Positions 9,894 to 19,684 of a stretch of DNA of 64,000 nucleotides are shown here, piece after piece (positions within the stretch are counted from its first letter, which is position 1; the number at the start of each line of letters is the position of its first letter). Position numbers and translations under genes: made by a program. Origin of the DNA: a bacterium. Lineage in GTDB: Bacteria > UBA8248. The notes under the pieces are model-generated. The model had not been told where the DNA came from. It searched no databases and saw nothing but the letters and a program-made list of their open reading frames with translations. The stretch lies in NCBI GenBank assembly GCA_965199855.1, contig OZ241326.1, forward strand, positions 640,001 through 704,000, in the 5' to 3' direction.

Positions 9894-10048
9894 GATTCAG
9901 CGGGAGCCTGCGAAGGATTCGACCGGCCGGGTCTCGCGCGGCGGGAGCCCGCGAACCCCGTCAGGTCCGGAAGGAAGCAGCGGCAAGCGGACGCTCCCGG
10001 GCGCCGCGAGGTCGCCTGGCCGGTCGGCTCCTTCGCGGGCGCGAGTCC
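9894..10048 (+). ncRNA. ffs: Signal recognition particle RNA (ends approximate)
   Basis: Conserved TCAGGTCCGGAAGGAAGCAGC loop at 9961-9981 within a long helix. Usual position upstream of dnaX. Confidence 0.9.
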
Positions 10049-10116
10049 GTTTTTCGCATCATGGCGGCCTTGTCGGCGATCAGGCGTCTCCGCCAATCGC
10101 CAGGGATGGGTTCTCG

Positions 10117-11841
10117 ATGGCCTTCGTCGGCAGCGCGAGAAAGTGGCGCCCGCAGCGCTTCGCGGATCTCATCGGCCAAGAGCACGTCAGCCGCACGCTC
10201 ACGAACGCCCTCGCCTCGGGGCGCGTCGCGCCCGCCTATCTGTTCAGCGGAACGCGCGGGGTGGGCAAGACGACCACCGCGCGCATTCTCGCCAAGGCGC
10301 TCAACTGCGAATCGGGCGAGGGGCCCCTTCCCGAGCCTTGCGACCGGTGCGCCTCGTGCGGGGAGATCGCCGGGGGGTCGCACCCCGACGTTCTCGAAAT
10401 CGACGCCGCCGCCTACACCGGCGTGGACAACGTGCGCGAGCTGCGCGAAGGGCTTCGCTACCATCCCGCGCGCGGACGCTGCAAGACGGTGATCTTCGAC
10501 GAAGTCCACATGCTCTCCCGAAGCTCCTTCAACGCCCTGCTCAAGATACTCGAGGAGCCCCCGCCCCACGTCGTCTTCATCATGGCGACCACGGAGCTCA
10601 AGGGGGTTCCCGACACGATTCTCAGCCGCTGCCAGGTGTTCGAGTTCAGGCGAATCGCCTCCTCCGTCATCGCGGCGCATCTCGCCAGGATCGCGGAGGA
10701 GCAGGGCAGGAAGATGGACGAGGCGGCCGTGAAGCTGCTCGCGCGCATGGGCGAGGGCAGCATCCGCGACGCGCAGTCCCTGCTTGATCAGGCGCTGGCC
10801 TTTTCCGCCGAGGATCCGGTGTCGGCGCAGGAGGTGGAAAAGGTGCTCGGCGTTCCGGCCGGAAGCGTCTATAAGGTGCTCGTCGAGGCGGTGATCGCGC
10901 GCGACGGCGGGAGCGCGCTCGCGGAGCTCAAGGCCGTCTTCGACGCGGGCCACGACCTCAGACTCTTCTCCTCGAACCTGCTGGAGTATCTGCGCGACTG
11001 CATGGTTCTCCTCTCGGCGGGAGACGACGAGGCGCTCTTCGACGTCGCGGCGTCGGAGATCGAGGAGCGCAAGGGCGTGGCCGGCGCGATGGACTTCGCC
11101 CAGGCGCATCAGGCGTATTCCATCCTCCAGGGGGCGGAAGCCGAACTCAGAGCCTCGGATCACCCCCAGATGACGCTCGAGGTCGCCCTCCTGCGGATGT
11201 GCCAGATCGAGCCTCTGGCGGATCTGGACGCCCTGATGGAGAGGATCGAGGGCATGGGCGCGGGCGCTCCGCCCCCGGCGTCCCCGCCGCGCCGCGCGGC
11301 TTCCTCCGCCGCGCCCGCCCGGGCTTCCGGGGAAGCCCCGGGAGAGGCCGCCGCTCCCGCGCCGCCGCCTTCCCCGTCCGGGCGAACTCCTGAAGATTCG
11401 CCCGCCTCGGAGGTCGGGGCGGAGGCGTGGGACTCCGAAGCGGCGCGCCGGGTATGGGCGGACGCGGTGGAGTCCCTGCGCCCGACGCGCCGCGCGCTTT
11501 TTCGGGGCGCCGCGCTCGACCTGGAGACCGAGGGGCTCATCCGCCTCGCCCTCGCCCGCGAGAACGCGAACGCGCAGGGCCTGCATCTGGCGGAGGAGTC
11601 CCTGCCCGCGCTCGAGGCGTTCTTCAGGGAGCATTCTCCCTGGCGCGCCAGGGTCGAGCTGGCGGGGGAGGAGAACGGCGCGCGCCCGGCGGCCGGGGAA
11701 GAGGCGGCGCAGGGCGCGAAGGGGCGCGGCGGGGCGGCGAACGAGGGCGAGGACGCCGTGATTCAGGAGGTGGTCGATCTGTTCAACGGACAGATCATCG
11801 ACATCCGCCCCCTGCGGACGCGAAAATCCAATGGAGCTTGA
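10117..11841 (+). CDS. dnaX: DNA polymerase III subunit gamma/tau
   Basis: ARKWRPQRF, GTRGVGKTT, DEVHML, ILEEPP and SRC motifs. Confidence 0.95.
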   Translation: MAFVGSARKWRPQRFADLIGQEHVSRTLTNALASGRVAPAYLFSGTRGVGKTTTARILAKALNCESGEGPLPEPCDRCASCGEIAGGSHPDVLEIDAAAYTGVDNVRELREGLRYHPARGRCKTVIFDEVHMLSRSSFNALLKILEEPPPHVVFIMATTELKGVPDTILSRCQVFEFRRIASSVIAAHLARIAEEQGRKMDEAAVKLLARMGEGSIRDAQSLLDQALAFSAEDPVSAQEVEKVLGVPAGSVYKVLVEAVIARDGGSALAELKAVFDAGHDLRLFSSNLLEYLRDCMVLLSAGDDEALFDVAASEIEERKGVAGAMDFAQAHQAYSILQGAEAELRASDHPQMTLEVALLRMCQIEPLADLDALMERIEGMGAGAPPPASPPRRAASSAAPARASGEAPGEAAAPAPPPSPSGRTPEDSPASEVGAEAWDSEAARRVWADAVESLRPTRRALFRGAALDLETEGLIRLALARENANAQGLHLAEESLPALEAFFREHSPWRARVELAGEENGARPAAGEEAAQGAKGRGGAANEGEDAVIQEVVDLFNGQIIDIRPLRTRKSNGA

Positions 11842-11910
11842 GGCCGCGCGGGCGGCGGAGGGGCGCGGCGCCCATCGGACGCCGGCCGGAACCATCTCGG
11901 GGAGGTTTTC

Positions 11911-12228
11911 ATGTTGAAGGGCGGCATCGGCAATCTGATGAAGCAGGCGCGCCAGATGCAGGACAAGATGGCGCAGCTCCAGGAGGAGATGGCGGGCCGG
12001 ACGGTGGAGGCGTCGGCGGGCGGCGGCATGGTGCGGGTGGTCGCCAACGGCGCGGGCGAGGTGCTGTCGGTGAAGATAGACCCGCAGGCGGTGGACCCGG
12101 ACGACGTGGAAATGCTCGAGGATCTGGTTCGCGCCGCGTGCAACGAGGCGTCCCGGAAGGGGCGCGACATGATGTCCGAGCAGATGAAGAAGCTCACCGG
12201 CGGCCTGCCGATTCCCGGCCTGTTCTGA
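11911..12228 (+). CDS. ybaB: YbaB/EbfC nucleoid-associated protein
   Basis: MKQARQMQ...AGGGMV...EMLEDL; lies between dnaX and recR. Confidence 0.95.
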   Translation: MLKGGIGNLMKQARQMQDKMAQLQEEMAGRTVEASAGGGMVRVVANGAGEVLSVKIDPQAVDPDDVEMLEDLVRAACNEASRKGRDMMSEQMKKLTGGLPIPGLF

Positions 12229-12298
12229 GCGGGGGCGGCGCGCCGCTCTCGTCCTCTTTTGACGGCGGCCGCGTTCCGGAGCGCGGCGAGGGAGCGTC

Positions 12299-12907
12299 AT
12301 GCAGCTCAGCCGGTTTCCCGCCATCGAGGCGTGCGTCGAGGCGTTTCGCCGCCTGCCGGGGGTGGGGCCCAAAAGCGCGCAGCGCATCGTCTTTCACCTG
12401 CTGGGCAAGGACCCGGAAGCCGCGGGCGCAATCGCCGCCGCGTGCGGGCGCCTGCGCGAGGAGGTGGGGTTCTGCGCCACCTGCTCCATGCTCGTGGAGG
12501 GCGAGGCCGGCGGAGAGGACTGCGCCGTCTGCGGCGCGCGCGATCCCGGCGTCATCTGCGTGGTGGAGGAGCCCGCCGACGTTTTCGCCATCGAGCGCGC
12601 GGGAGGCGTGAAGGGCCGCTACCACGTGCTGATGGGCGTCATATCGCCCCTGGACGGCGTGGAGCCCGAGGACCTCGCCATCCCGCAGCTGATCGAGCGC
12701 GTGAAGCGCGAGGAGGTGCGGGAGGTGATTCTCGCCCTCAACCCCAACTTGGCGGGCGAGGGCACCTCGCTCTATCTCGCGGAGGTTCTCAAGCCGCTCG
12801 GGGCGCGCGTGACCCAGCTGGCGCACGGCCTGCCGATGGGCAGCCACCTCGAATACGCGGACGAGATGACGCTCACCCGCTCCCTGGAGGGACGCCGCGA
12901 GATGTAG
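12299..12907 (+). CDS. recR: Recombination mediator RecR
   Basis: LPGVGPKSAQR, C4 zinc finger, ICVVEEP and LEYADE motifs. Confidence 0.95.
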   Translation: MQLSRFPAIEACVEAFRRLPGVGPKSAQRIVFHLLGKDPEAAGAIAAACGRLREEVGFCATCSMLVEGEAGGEDCAVCGARDPGVICVVEEPADVFAIERAGGVKGRYHVLMGVISPLDGVEPEDLAIPQLIERVKREEVREVILALNPNLAGEGTSLYLAEVLKPLGARVTQLAHGLPMGSHLEYADEMTLTRSLEGRREM

Positions 12908-12931
12908 CACAGGCGCGCTCCCGCTTGGGCG

Positions 12932-13765
12932 TCATCGGGGCTGAAGCCGTATGGAGATGATCCGCACCTCCTTCTCGGGCGCCCCGCCCGCCCCGACGGG
13001 CGTCTCTCCGATTCTCTCGACCACCTCCATGCCGCGCGCCACCCTCCCGAATACGGTGTGCTTGCCGGCGAGCCAGGGCGTATCCGCCAGGTTGATGAAG
13101 AACTGCGAGCCGTTCGTGTCCGGCCCCGCGTTCGCCATCGCCAGCGCGCCCTTCACCGGCGGGCGCGAGGGGAGCGTCGGGCTGAAGCGGTAGCCCATGT
13201 TCTCGTAGGCCTCCTTCAGGGTGATGCCGTTCAGGCGCGCCCGCACCTCCCCTTCGCGCGCGTCCAGGTCCGCCTGGGAGCGAATCCCCATGCCGCGGAG
13301 CAGGGGCGCCAGCAGGACGCGCCGGAAGTCGCTCTGGCTTCGCACACCGAGGAAGGGGTGGGGGCGGCCCTCCTCGAGCGCCTTCATCCCGCGCAGCCCC
13401 AGGGCGTCCGCGTTGATCTCGTCCTCGAAGCGGTAGCCGGGGCCGCCCGTGCCGTCGCCCTTCGGGTCGCCTCCCTGAATCATGAAGCCCTTGATGACGC
13501 GGTGGAACGTCAGCCCGTCGTAGAAGGGGCGCTTCGCCTCCGCGCCCGTCCGGGGGTCGGTGAAGGGGCGCGTCCCCGCCGCCAGCGCCAGGAAGTTCTT
13601 CACCGTTCTGGGCGCGGCCTCGGGGAAGAGTTCGAGGAGGACGTCCCCGAAGTTCGTCTTCATCAGGAGGAGGGGGTTTCCGGGCTTCCCGCGCTTCGTC
13701 TCCTGGGCGGGGCAGGGCGAGGCGGCGAGGAGCAGGAGGGCGAGGGCGAGTGCGGCTTTTCTCAT
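12932..13765 (-). CDS. Exported cyclophilin-type peptidyl-prolyl isomerase with an internal insertion
   Basis: Signal peptide, FHRVIKGFMIQGGDP, AMANAGPDTNGSQFFI and HTVFG motifs. Confidence 0.92.
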   Translation of the reverse strand: MRKAALALALLLLAASPCPAQETKRGKPGNPLLLMKTNFGDVLLELFPEAAPRTVKNFLALAAGTRPFTDPRTGAEAKRPFYDGLTFHRVIKGFMIQGGDPKGDGTGGPGYRFEDEINADALGLRGMKALEEGRPHPFLGVRSQSDFRRVLLAPLLRGMGIRSQADLDAREGEVRARLNGITLKEAYENMGYRFSPTLPSRPPVKGALAMANAGPDTNGSQFFINLADTPWLAGKHTVFGRVARGMEVVERIGETPVGAGGAPEKEVRIISIRLQPR

Positions 13766-13834
13766 CGGTTTCTCCGGGAGCTGCGTGAGGGGGAGCGTTC
13801 GTCCCGGCGCGCGGCCGGGCGGCCGGCGCGGGCG

Positions 13835-14335
13835 TCAGGGCGTCCGGCCGAAGCGCGCGGCGAGCGCCTCTTCCCGGTAGGCGAAGATGCGCTCCAGCCG
13901 CGGGCGGACGAGGAGGGCGTTCGCCGCCGTCGAGAGCGGCCCCAGCGGCAGCATGTAGTGAACGAGGTCGCGCGCCTCGACCCCGCCCTCCACCTCGCGG
14001 AAATCGTGCCGGTGATGCCAGAAGCGGTAGGGGCCGAAGCGCTGCTCGTCCACGAAGAAGCGCCCCTCCTCCACGTGGGTGATCTCGGTCACCCAGCGAA
14101 TCGGAATCCCCAGGAGGGGACGCACGCGGTAGCGGATGATCATCCCCGCGCGCATCCGCGCGGGCAGCTCGTTCTCCACGGCGAGGCCCAGCTCCGGCGG
14201 GGTGATCTCCGCGAGATTGCGCGGATTCGAGAAGAAGTCCCAGGCGGCGTCCATGGACGCGGGCAGCCGCTGCGCCGCCTCCAGGCGGAAGAAATTGCCC
14301 CCCGCCCCCTTCGCGCTCCCCCCGTCTCCGCTCAA
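13835..14335 (-). CDS. SRPBCC family protein
   Basis: WDFFSNPRNLAEITP and FVDEQRFGPYRFWHHRH motifs. TTG start with GGAGAGG RBS. Confidence 0.85.
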   Translation of the reverse strand: MSGDGGSAKGAGGNFFRLEAAQRLPASMDAAWDFFSNPRNLAEITPPELGLAVENELPARMRAGMIIRYRVRPLLGIPIRWVTEITHVEEGRFFVDEQRFGPYRFWHHRHDFREVEGGVEARDLVHYMLPLGPLSTAANALLVRPRLERIFAYREEALAARFGRTP

Positions 14336-14392
14336 GGCTTCCTCTCCGATGCGGGCTTGCGGGGACGCGAGAAAAGCCCCCCGCGAATTTCC

Positions 14393-14421
14393 TTGCAACA
14401 TAGCATGTATCGCGCTATGCT
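14393..14421 (+). promoter_or_regulatory. Sigma70-type promoter and palindromic operator of higBA
   Basis: TTGCAA-17 nt-TATGCT, with inverted repeat CATAGC...GCTATG (14399-14419) overlapping the spacer and -10 box. Confidence 0.6.
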
Positions 14422-14427
14422 TCCAGC

Positions 14428-14700
14428 ATGAGGATCGCCCACAAGGGACTGCGGCGGCTCTACGAGCGCGACGACGCCCGTCTGCTGAATCCCGAACACG
14501 TCGGGCGCATCCGCCGCGTTTTGTCCGATCTCGACTCCGCGCGCGGCCCCCGGGACCTGAACTGGCCCGGCTATCGCCTCCATCCGATGACGGGCGACAT
14601 GCGCGGCTTCTGGAGCGCGCGCGTCTCGGCCAACTGGCGAATCGTCTTTCGGTTCGCTGACGGCGAGGCCGCGGACGTGGACCTGATCGACTATCATTAG
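14428..14700 (+). CDS. higB: HigB-like (RelE/ParE) toxin
   Basis: HKGLRRLY...LHPMTGD...WSARVSANWRIVFRF...DYH. Confidence 0.9.
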   Translation: MRIAHKGLRRLYERDDARLLNPEHVGRIRRVLSDLDSARGPRDLNWPGYRLHPMTGDMRGFWSARVSANWRIVFRFADGEAADVDLIDYH

Positions 14701-14713
14701 GGAGGACGCCCCC

Positions 14714-14977
14714 ATGCCCATGGCCAACCCGACGCATCCCGGCGAGAGCGTCCGCGAGGCGCTCCGGGCCGCCGAATGGACGGTGACGGACGCCGCCAAG
14801 CGGCTCGGCGTGGCGCGGAACACCCTCTCGCGCCTCGTGAACGGCCGCATGGGCGTCTCGCCGGAGATGGCGCTGGCGCTGGAGCGCGTCGGCTGGAGCA
14901 ACGCCGAGTTCTGGATGCGCCGCCAGGCCGCCTACGATCTGGCGCAGGCGCGGCGCGCTCGGGGTTCGGCGGCTTAA
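14714..14977 (+). CDS. higA: HigA antitoxin (HTH)
   Basis: PTHPGE, HTH region and SPEMALAL...FWMRRQAAYDL. Confidence 0.9.
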   Translation: MPMANPTHPGESVREALRAAEWTVTDAAKRLGVARNTLSRLVNGRMGVSPEMALALERVGWSNAEFWMRRQAAYDLAQARRARGSAA

Positions 14978-15048
14978 GGCGCGCGCCCGGCTCCCTCTCT
15001 TTTCAGCGTCGGGACGCGGGCGATGGCTCCGCTAGGCGGCCGCGCGGC

Positions 15049-15140
15049 TGGCGGAGAGAGAGGGATTCGAACCCTCGAGGCCGGTTTCCCGGCCTACTCG
15101 CTTAGCAGGCGAGCGCCTTCAGCCACTCGGCCATCTCTCC
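15049..15140 (-). tRNA. tRNA-Ser(GCT)
   Basis: GGAGAGA acceptor stem, CTCGC-CTGCTAA-GCGAG anticodon arm, long variable arm, GTTCGAATC and encoded CCA. Confidence 0.95.
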
Positions 15141-15168
15141 CGGCGGTCGCGCGCGGCGGACGCTTCCC

Positions 15169-15254
15169 TGGCGGAGGGAGAGGGATTCGAACCCCCGGAG
15201 CTTTCGCTCAGTGGTTTTCAAGACCACCGCCTTCGCCCGCTCGGCCATCCCTCC
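15169..15254 (-). tRNA. tRNA-Ser(TGA)
   Basis: GTGGT-CTTGAAA-ACCAC anticodon arm, long variable arm and encoded CCA. Confidence 0.95.
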
Positions 15255-15389
15255 GCGCGCCGGGGATGATACCACGCACGGGCGGGGGTGGTAAGGGCGG
15301 GGGGAGGGAGGCGTCGATATCTCTTGAATTTGACTACCGGGTGTATTAAATTTAGATATACCTCTTGGATGAAAAGGAAGGATGCTCCC

Positions 15390-16781
15390 ATGCCGCCGCC
15401 GGAACAGCTGGAATTGCCGTCGGACACCCCGTGGAATGGGGACGCCTCGGACTCGCCGAAGAATATCTTTGTGCGGATAGGTAACTGGCTGAAAAAAGAC
15501 CGTAAGCAGTGGATGTCGGAAGACTCGCTCATCGCTTCTCTCGCCGTCCTGCTGGGCGCGTTGCTGTTGGTTTTTCTTGTCGTCATGGCTTGCGACGAGC
15601 TGGAGTCGATTTATAGGTTTATGGGGCTATCGAACGATGAGGACAAAAAATTTTCGGCTCTGAAATCTCTCGGCATCGCCATGGGCGGCGTCATCCTCGC
15701 CATTCAGGCGGTGAATTCTTACAGACGATCTAAGGGGATAGAGAAAGCCGCGGATGCGCAGGCTCGTGCCGCGGATGCACAGGCTCGTGCCGTGGAGGCA
15801 CAGACTAAAGCCATAGAGCAACAGACTGCAGCGAACAAAAACGACGAGGGAAGACTTCGACAGGAACGTCTGCAAAACGGTATTGAACATCTGGGGCACA
15901 ATTCAAGCTCCGTGCGGATGAGCGGGGCTTACGAACTTTTCCACTTGGCGGAGGAAACCGAAAATCTGCGCAAAGTCGTGTTTGACATTCTCTGCGCGCA
16001 CATCCGCCTGACAACAGGCGAGAGTGAATATCAGAACGACCACGGGTCGAAGCCCTCCGAGGAAATCCAGAGCCTGCTGAATCTGCTTTTCGTGCAACAG
16101 GAGCATGAGGTTTTCAAGGGCCTCTATGTTAATTTGGCCGGTAGCTGGCTGAACTACGCTAATCTCACAGAGGCGCGTTTATACGGAGCGGATTTGAACT
16201 CCGCCCGATTACAAGGGGCTTCTCTGAAAAATGCGCGTTTACTAGGAAGTTCCCTTAAAGGTGCATATTTGCAATCTGCGGATCTTGGTAGCGCATATTT
16301 GCAAGGAGCTGTTCTTTTTGAAGCAGGCTTACAGGGAGCCCAGATGGAAAAAGCGTGCTTGGCAGGATCTGTTATCGGCGGAGCAGGACTACAAGGAGCT
16401 AAGATTCGGGAAGTGCAACTTCAGGGAGTTAAATACCAAGTCGATTCTAATTCGTTTAAGGAGCGTATCTTGAAATCAGTGGATAAAAAGGCGGATATAA
16501 ACAAAGACGAACCTAATAATAGACCTATATTTGAGGGCGGACTGGGCAAAGGCGACATAGAACGCTTAACGAAAGGTTTATCTGATAAAGATGCCCGTGG
16601 TTTAAAGGATATCCTACTAAAAACACACACTGCGGAGCGACATCATTTCATATCAGCAGAGAAGCTGGAAAATGAGGGCATCAATATCGATGCCTACACG
16701 CAAGAACAGGCCGAGGAGTGGATAGCCGAATACGAGGCGGCCATGGCGGAAGTTCCGCCGAAGAAGGAGGACGCCGGCTGA
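15390..16781 (+). CDS. Membrane-anchored pentapeptide-repeat protein (lower GC)
   Basis: Two TM segments, a coiled coil, VRMSGAYEL and many A(D/N/x)LxGA repeats. Start could be 15369. Confidence 0.85.
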   Translation: MPPPEQLELPSDTPWNGDASDSPKNIFVRIGNWLKKDRKQWMSEDSLIASLAVLLGALLLVFLVVMACDELESIYRFMGLSNDEDKKFSALKSLGIAMGGVILAIQAVNSYRRSKGIEKAADAQARAADAQARAVEAQTKAIEQQTAANKNDEGRLRQERLQNGIEHLGHNSSSVRMSGAYELFHLAEETENLRKVVFDILCAHIRLTTGESEYQNDHGSKPSEEIQSLLNLLFVQQEHEVFKGLYVNLAGSWLNYANLTEARLYGADLNSARLQGASLKNARLLGSSLKGAYLQSADLGSAYLQGAVLFEAGLQGAQMEKACLAGSVIGGAGLQGAKIREVQLQGVKYQVDSNSFKERILKSVDKKADINKDEPNNRPIFEGGLGKGDIERLTKGLSDKDARGLKDILLKTHTAERHHFISAEKLENEGINIDAYTQEQAEEWIAEYEAAMAEVPPKKEDAG

Positions 16782-16867
16782 TGCCCACGCTGACCTGGCT
16801 CACCCGAGACGCGGACATCGCCGCGGCCTCGCGCGCGCAGATGCTGGAGAAAATCGGCGGAGGATGA
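16781..16867 (+). pseudogene. Probable N-terminal remnant of a type III RM Mod methyltransferase
   Basis: MPTLTWLTRDADIAAASR resembles Mod N-termini as I recall them. Has an AAGGAGG RBS and stops after 28 aa. Confidence 0.4.
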
Positions 16868-16976
16868 ATCAAAGGCGGGCGGTTCCCGAACAGCCCCTGT
16901 GAAATATGCGGCGAGGGGCGCGCGTATGCGGCGGGCGAGCCTTCCCCCGGCGTTCCGCGCCGCCCGCCGGAATCCT

Positions 16977-18263
16977 TCAGCCCCCCTCGATGACCTCCAT
17001 GCCGCCCATGTAGGGGCGAAGCGCTTCGGGGATTTCGACCGCGCCGTCCGCGCGCTGGAAGTTCTCGAGTATCGCCACCACGGTGCGCCCGACGGCCAGG
17101 CCCGAGCCGTTCAGGGTGTGGACGAAGGCGGGCTTCTCCCCCGGCGCCGGGCGATAGCGGATGTTCGCGCGCCGCGCCTGGAAGTCCCCGAAGTCGCTGC
17201 ACGAGGAAATCTCGCGGTAGGCGTTCTGCGAGGGCACCCAGACCTCGATGTCGTAGGTCCTGGCGGCGGAGAAGCCCAGGTCTCCCGCGCACAGATCGAC
17301 GACGCGGTAGTGCAGCCCCAGCCGGCGCAGCACCTCCTCGGCGTCCGCCGTGAGGCTTTCCAGCTCCTCGCCGCTCGCCTCGGGGCGGGCGAACCTGACG
17401 AGCTCCACCTTGTTGAACTGGTGCTGGCGGATGAGGCCGCGCGCGTCCTGGCCGTAGGAGCCCGCCTCGCTGCGGAAGCAGGGGGTGTAGGCGGCGTATT
17501 TGAGGGGCAGGTCGCGCCCGTCCAGGACTTCCTCCCGGTGGATGTTGGTGACGGGAACCTCGGCGGTGGGAATGAGGTAGAAGCGCCCGTCATCGACCCG
17601 GAAGAGATCCTCCTCGAACTTGGGCAGCTGGCCGGTGCCCGTCATGGCTTCGGGGTTCACCATGAACGGCGGGAGCCACTCGGTGTAGCCGCGCTCGCCC
17701 GCGTGGAGGTCGAGCATGAAGTTGATGAGGGCGCGCTCGAGCCGCGCCCCCGCCCCCCGGTAGAGGGCGAAGCGGGCGCCGGCGATTCTGGCGGCGCGCT
17801 TCATGTCGAGAATCCCCAGCGCCTCGCCCAGCTCGTCGTGCGCGCGGGGAGCGAAGCCGAAGGCGGGCTTCTCCCCCCATGTCCGCACGAGGGCGTTGTC
17901 CTCCGCGCCTTCGCCGTCGGGGATGGCGTCATGCGGCGCGTTGGGCAGCTCGAGCAGGCGGTCGCGCCGTTCGCGATCGAGCGCCGCCAGCTCCCCCTCC
18001 ATGGCTTTCGCCTCGGCGGTGATCCGCCGGCTCTCGGCCAGAAAAGCCTCGACCTCGCCGGCGGGCGCGTTCGCTCGCCTGAGCTCGCCGATTCTCCTGC
18101 CGCGCCTCCTCGCCTCGGCCACCCGGCTTTCCGCCTCGTGGGTCAGCTCCCGCCTGCGGGCGTCGATCTCCAGAATTTCGGAGAAATCCCACGTCCCGCC
18201 CCTGCGGGAGAGGGCGCGCGCCACGGCTTCGGGGTCGCTCCTGATGAGGCGAATGTCGAGCAA
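16977..18263 (-). CDS. serS: Serine--tRNA ligase
   Basis: [32 protein letters not shown] and HTLNGSG motifs. Confidence 0.97.
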   Translation of the reverse strand: MLDIRLIRSDPEAVARALSRRGGTWDFSEILEIDARRRELTHEAESRVAEARRRGRRIGELRRANAPAGEVEAFLAESRRITAEAKAMEGELAALDRERRDRLLELPNAPHDAIPDGEGAEDNALVRTWGEKPAFGFAPRAHDELGEALGILDMKRAARIAGARFALYRGAGARLERALINFMLDLHAGERGYTEWLPPFMVNPEAMTGTGQLPKFEEDLFRVDDGRFYLIPTAEVPVTNIHREEVLDGRDLPLKYAAYTPCFRSEAGSYGQDARGLIRQHQFNKVELVRFARPEASGEELESLTADAEEVLRRLGLHYRVVDLCAGDLGFSAARTYDIEVWVPSQNAYREISSCSDFGDFQARRANIRYRPAPGEKPAFVHTLNGSGLAVGRTVVAILENFQRADGAVEIPEALRPYMGGMEVIEGG

Positions 18264-18480
18264 TTCCGGCTCCTTCGTCGAGGGGCGCCGCGCCGCCCGC
18301 GCGCGGAGTCGTGAAGATAGAACGGGCGGGCGCGCGCGTCAACGGAATCCGCGCCCGGGCCTTGCGGCTCCCGCGTCCGCCGACGCCGCGGGCGGTCGGG
18401 GGTATGTTTCCCCTTCCGGATGGGGTATCCTCGGCGCGTCGGGAGGGCTGTCCGGCTTCGCTGAACCCTGGGAGACGCGG

Positions 18481-18945
18481 ATGTTCGGTCTGTTTCGCGC
18501 AATGGCGCGTTCGGGCGGCGCAATCGCCGCCTGTCTGGCGCTGCTGGGTCTGGCGTTCTACGGCATCGCCCAGATGAGCGTCATCCTCGTGGACGATCCC
18601 GCCCGGGGGTTCCGGATACTCGGCGTATTCCTCCTCTTCTCGGTCGCGTTCTGCTTCGCCCTGAAGTGGGTTCTGCGGCGCGCGATCGCGCAGGCGCTTC
18701 GGCCCGTCGGCGCGGCGAAGGAGGCGACCTCGCGGCTCGTCTCCATCGGCGAGGAGGGCGGAAAGCGGGCGCTTCGCTCGCTGGGAAGGCGAATGCGCGC
18801 CGCCGGCAGCGTCCTCGCCTGGACGGCGGGGGGAGCGGCGCGCCTGGCGTGGCGCGCGCGGCGCGTCTGGCCCTTCATGCGGCGCGGCCGGGACGCCGAG
18901 AGCGCGGACGTAATCCCCCTCAAACGGAACCGCGAGGGCCGCTAG
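18481..18945 (+). CDS. Hypothetical two-TM membrane protein
   Basis: Two hydrophobic helices and a basic C-terminus; GGAG RBS. Confidence 0.5.
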   Translation: MFGLFRAMARSGGAIAACLALLGLAFYGIAQMSVILVDDPARGFRILGVFLLFSVAFCFALKWVLRRAIAQALRPVGAAKEATSRLVSIGEEGGKRALRSLGRRMRAAGSVLAWTAGGAARLAWRARRVWPFMRRGRDAESADVIPLKRNREGR

Positions 18946-18973
18946 CCTCCGGGGAGCGGGAAGGCGCGGCCGC

Positions 18974-19441
18974 TCACGCCGCCGGCGAATCCTCCCTCTG
19001 CTCGTAAATGAGATAATGGCTCCGCGCCATGTTCAGGCTCTCGTAGGCCGCCTGCGCCCCCTCGTTCCGGGCGTCAACGTAGAGCTGGAGGCCGCGCGCC
19101 CCCGCCTGAGCTGCGAGGTTCCCGACGTGGCCGTGCAGGGCGCGATAGACGCCCCGCCTCCTCGCCGACGGAACGACGTAGACGTTCTGAATCCACCAGT
19201 AATCCCCGTTGTTCCAGTCGCTCCACTCCAGGGTTACGCGGATTTGCCCGATAATCTCATCGCCCCGATGCGCGAGGTAATACCGCCCCTTCGAGGGGTC
19301 GGAGATTGATTTTTCCACCCCCCGCCGGACGACGCCGGGCGCCAGGCGCAGATTTTCGCTCTCGAGGGCCATCTCGACGTTGAATTCGGTGATTTTCTCC
19401 GCGTCGGCGAGAACGGCCGGCCGTATATCGAAATCCATCAT
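18974..19441 (-). CDS. GNAT family N-acetyltransferase
   Basis: EWSDW, IQNVYV...RRRGVY and LYVDARNEGAQAAYE motifs. Confidence 0.9.
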   Translation of the reverse strand: MMDFDIRPAVLADAEKITEFNVEMALESENLRLAPGVVRRGVEKSISDPSKGRYYLAHRGDEIIGQIRVTLEWSDWNNGDYWWIQNVYVVPSARRRGVYRALHGHVGNLAAQAGARGLQLYVDARNEGAQAAYESLNMARSHYLIYEQREDSPAA

Positions 19442-19684
19442 CCCTCCGGATTCGGGAAGTTCGCGCCCGCGGCGGCTTCGCGCGGAGCCTACCGAATCCC
19501 GCCGCGGGAGTAAAAGCCGCCCGCGCCGTCCGCCCGCCGGGAAAAGCGGCGGCGCGGCTGGAAACGGGCGCGGGGGAGGGCTACCATCTCCCGCGGCTTT
19601 CTTCTCAAGAGTTTCTCCGCCTGAACGCCGGCGCGAAAAGCGGGCGGGGCCGCGTCCGTCATCCGCCGGAGCGGGAGGCGTGAA

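Noticed and set aside
10117-11841. Programmed frameshift site in dnaX
   Set aside because: I saw no A-AAA-AAG or long A-run slippery site in the gene.
15169-15254. tRNA with TGA in the anticodon loop as possible tRNA-Sec or UGA suppressor
   Set aside because: Anticodon UGA reads UCA (Ser); tRNA-Sec needs anticodon UCA and an 8-bp acceptor stem. This is an ordinary tRNA-Ser.
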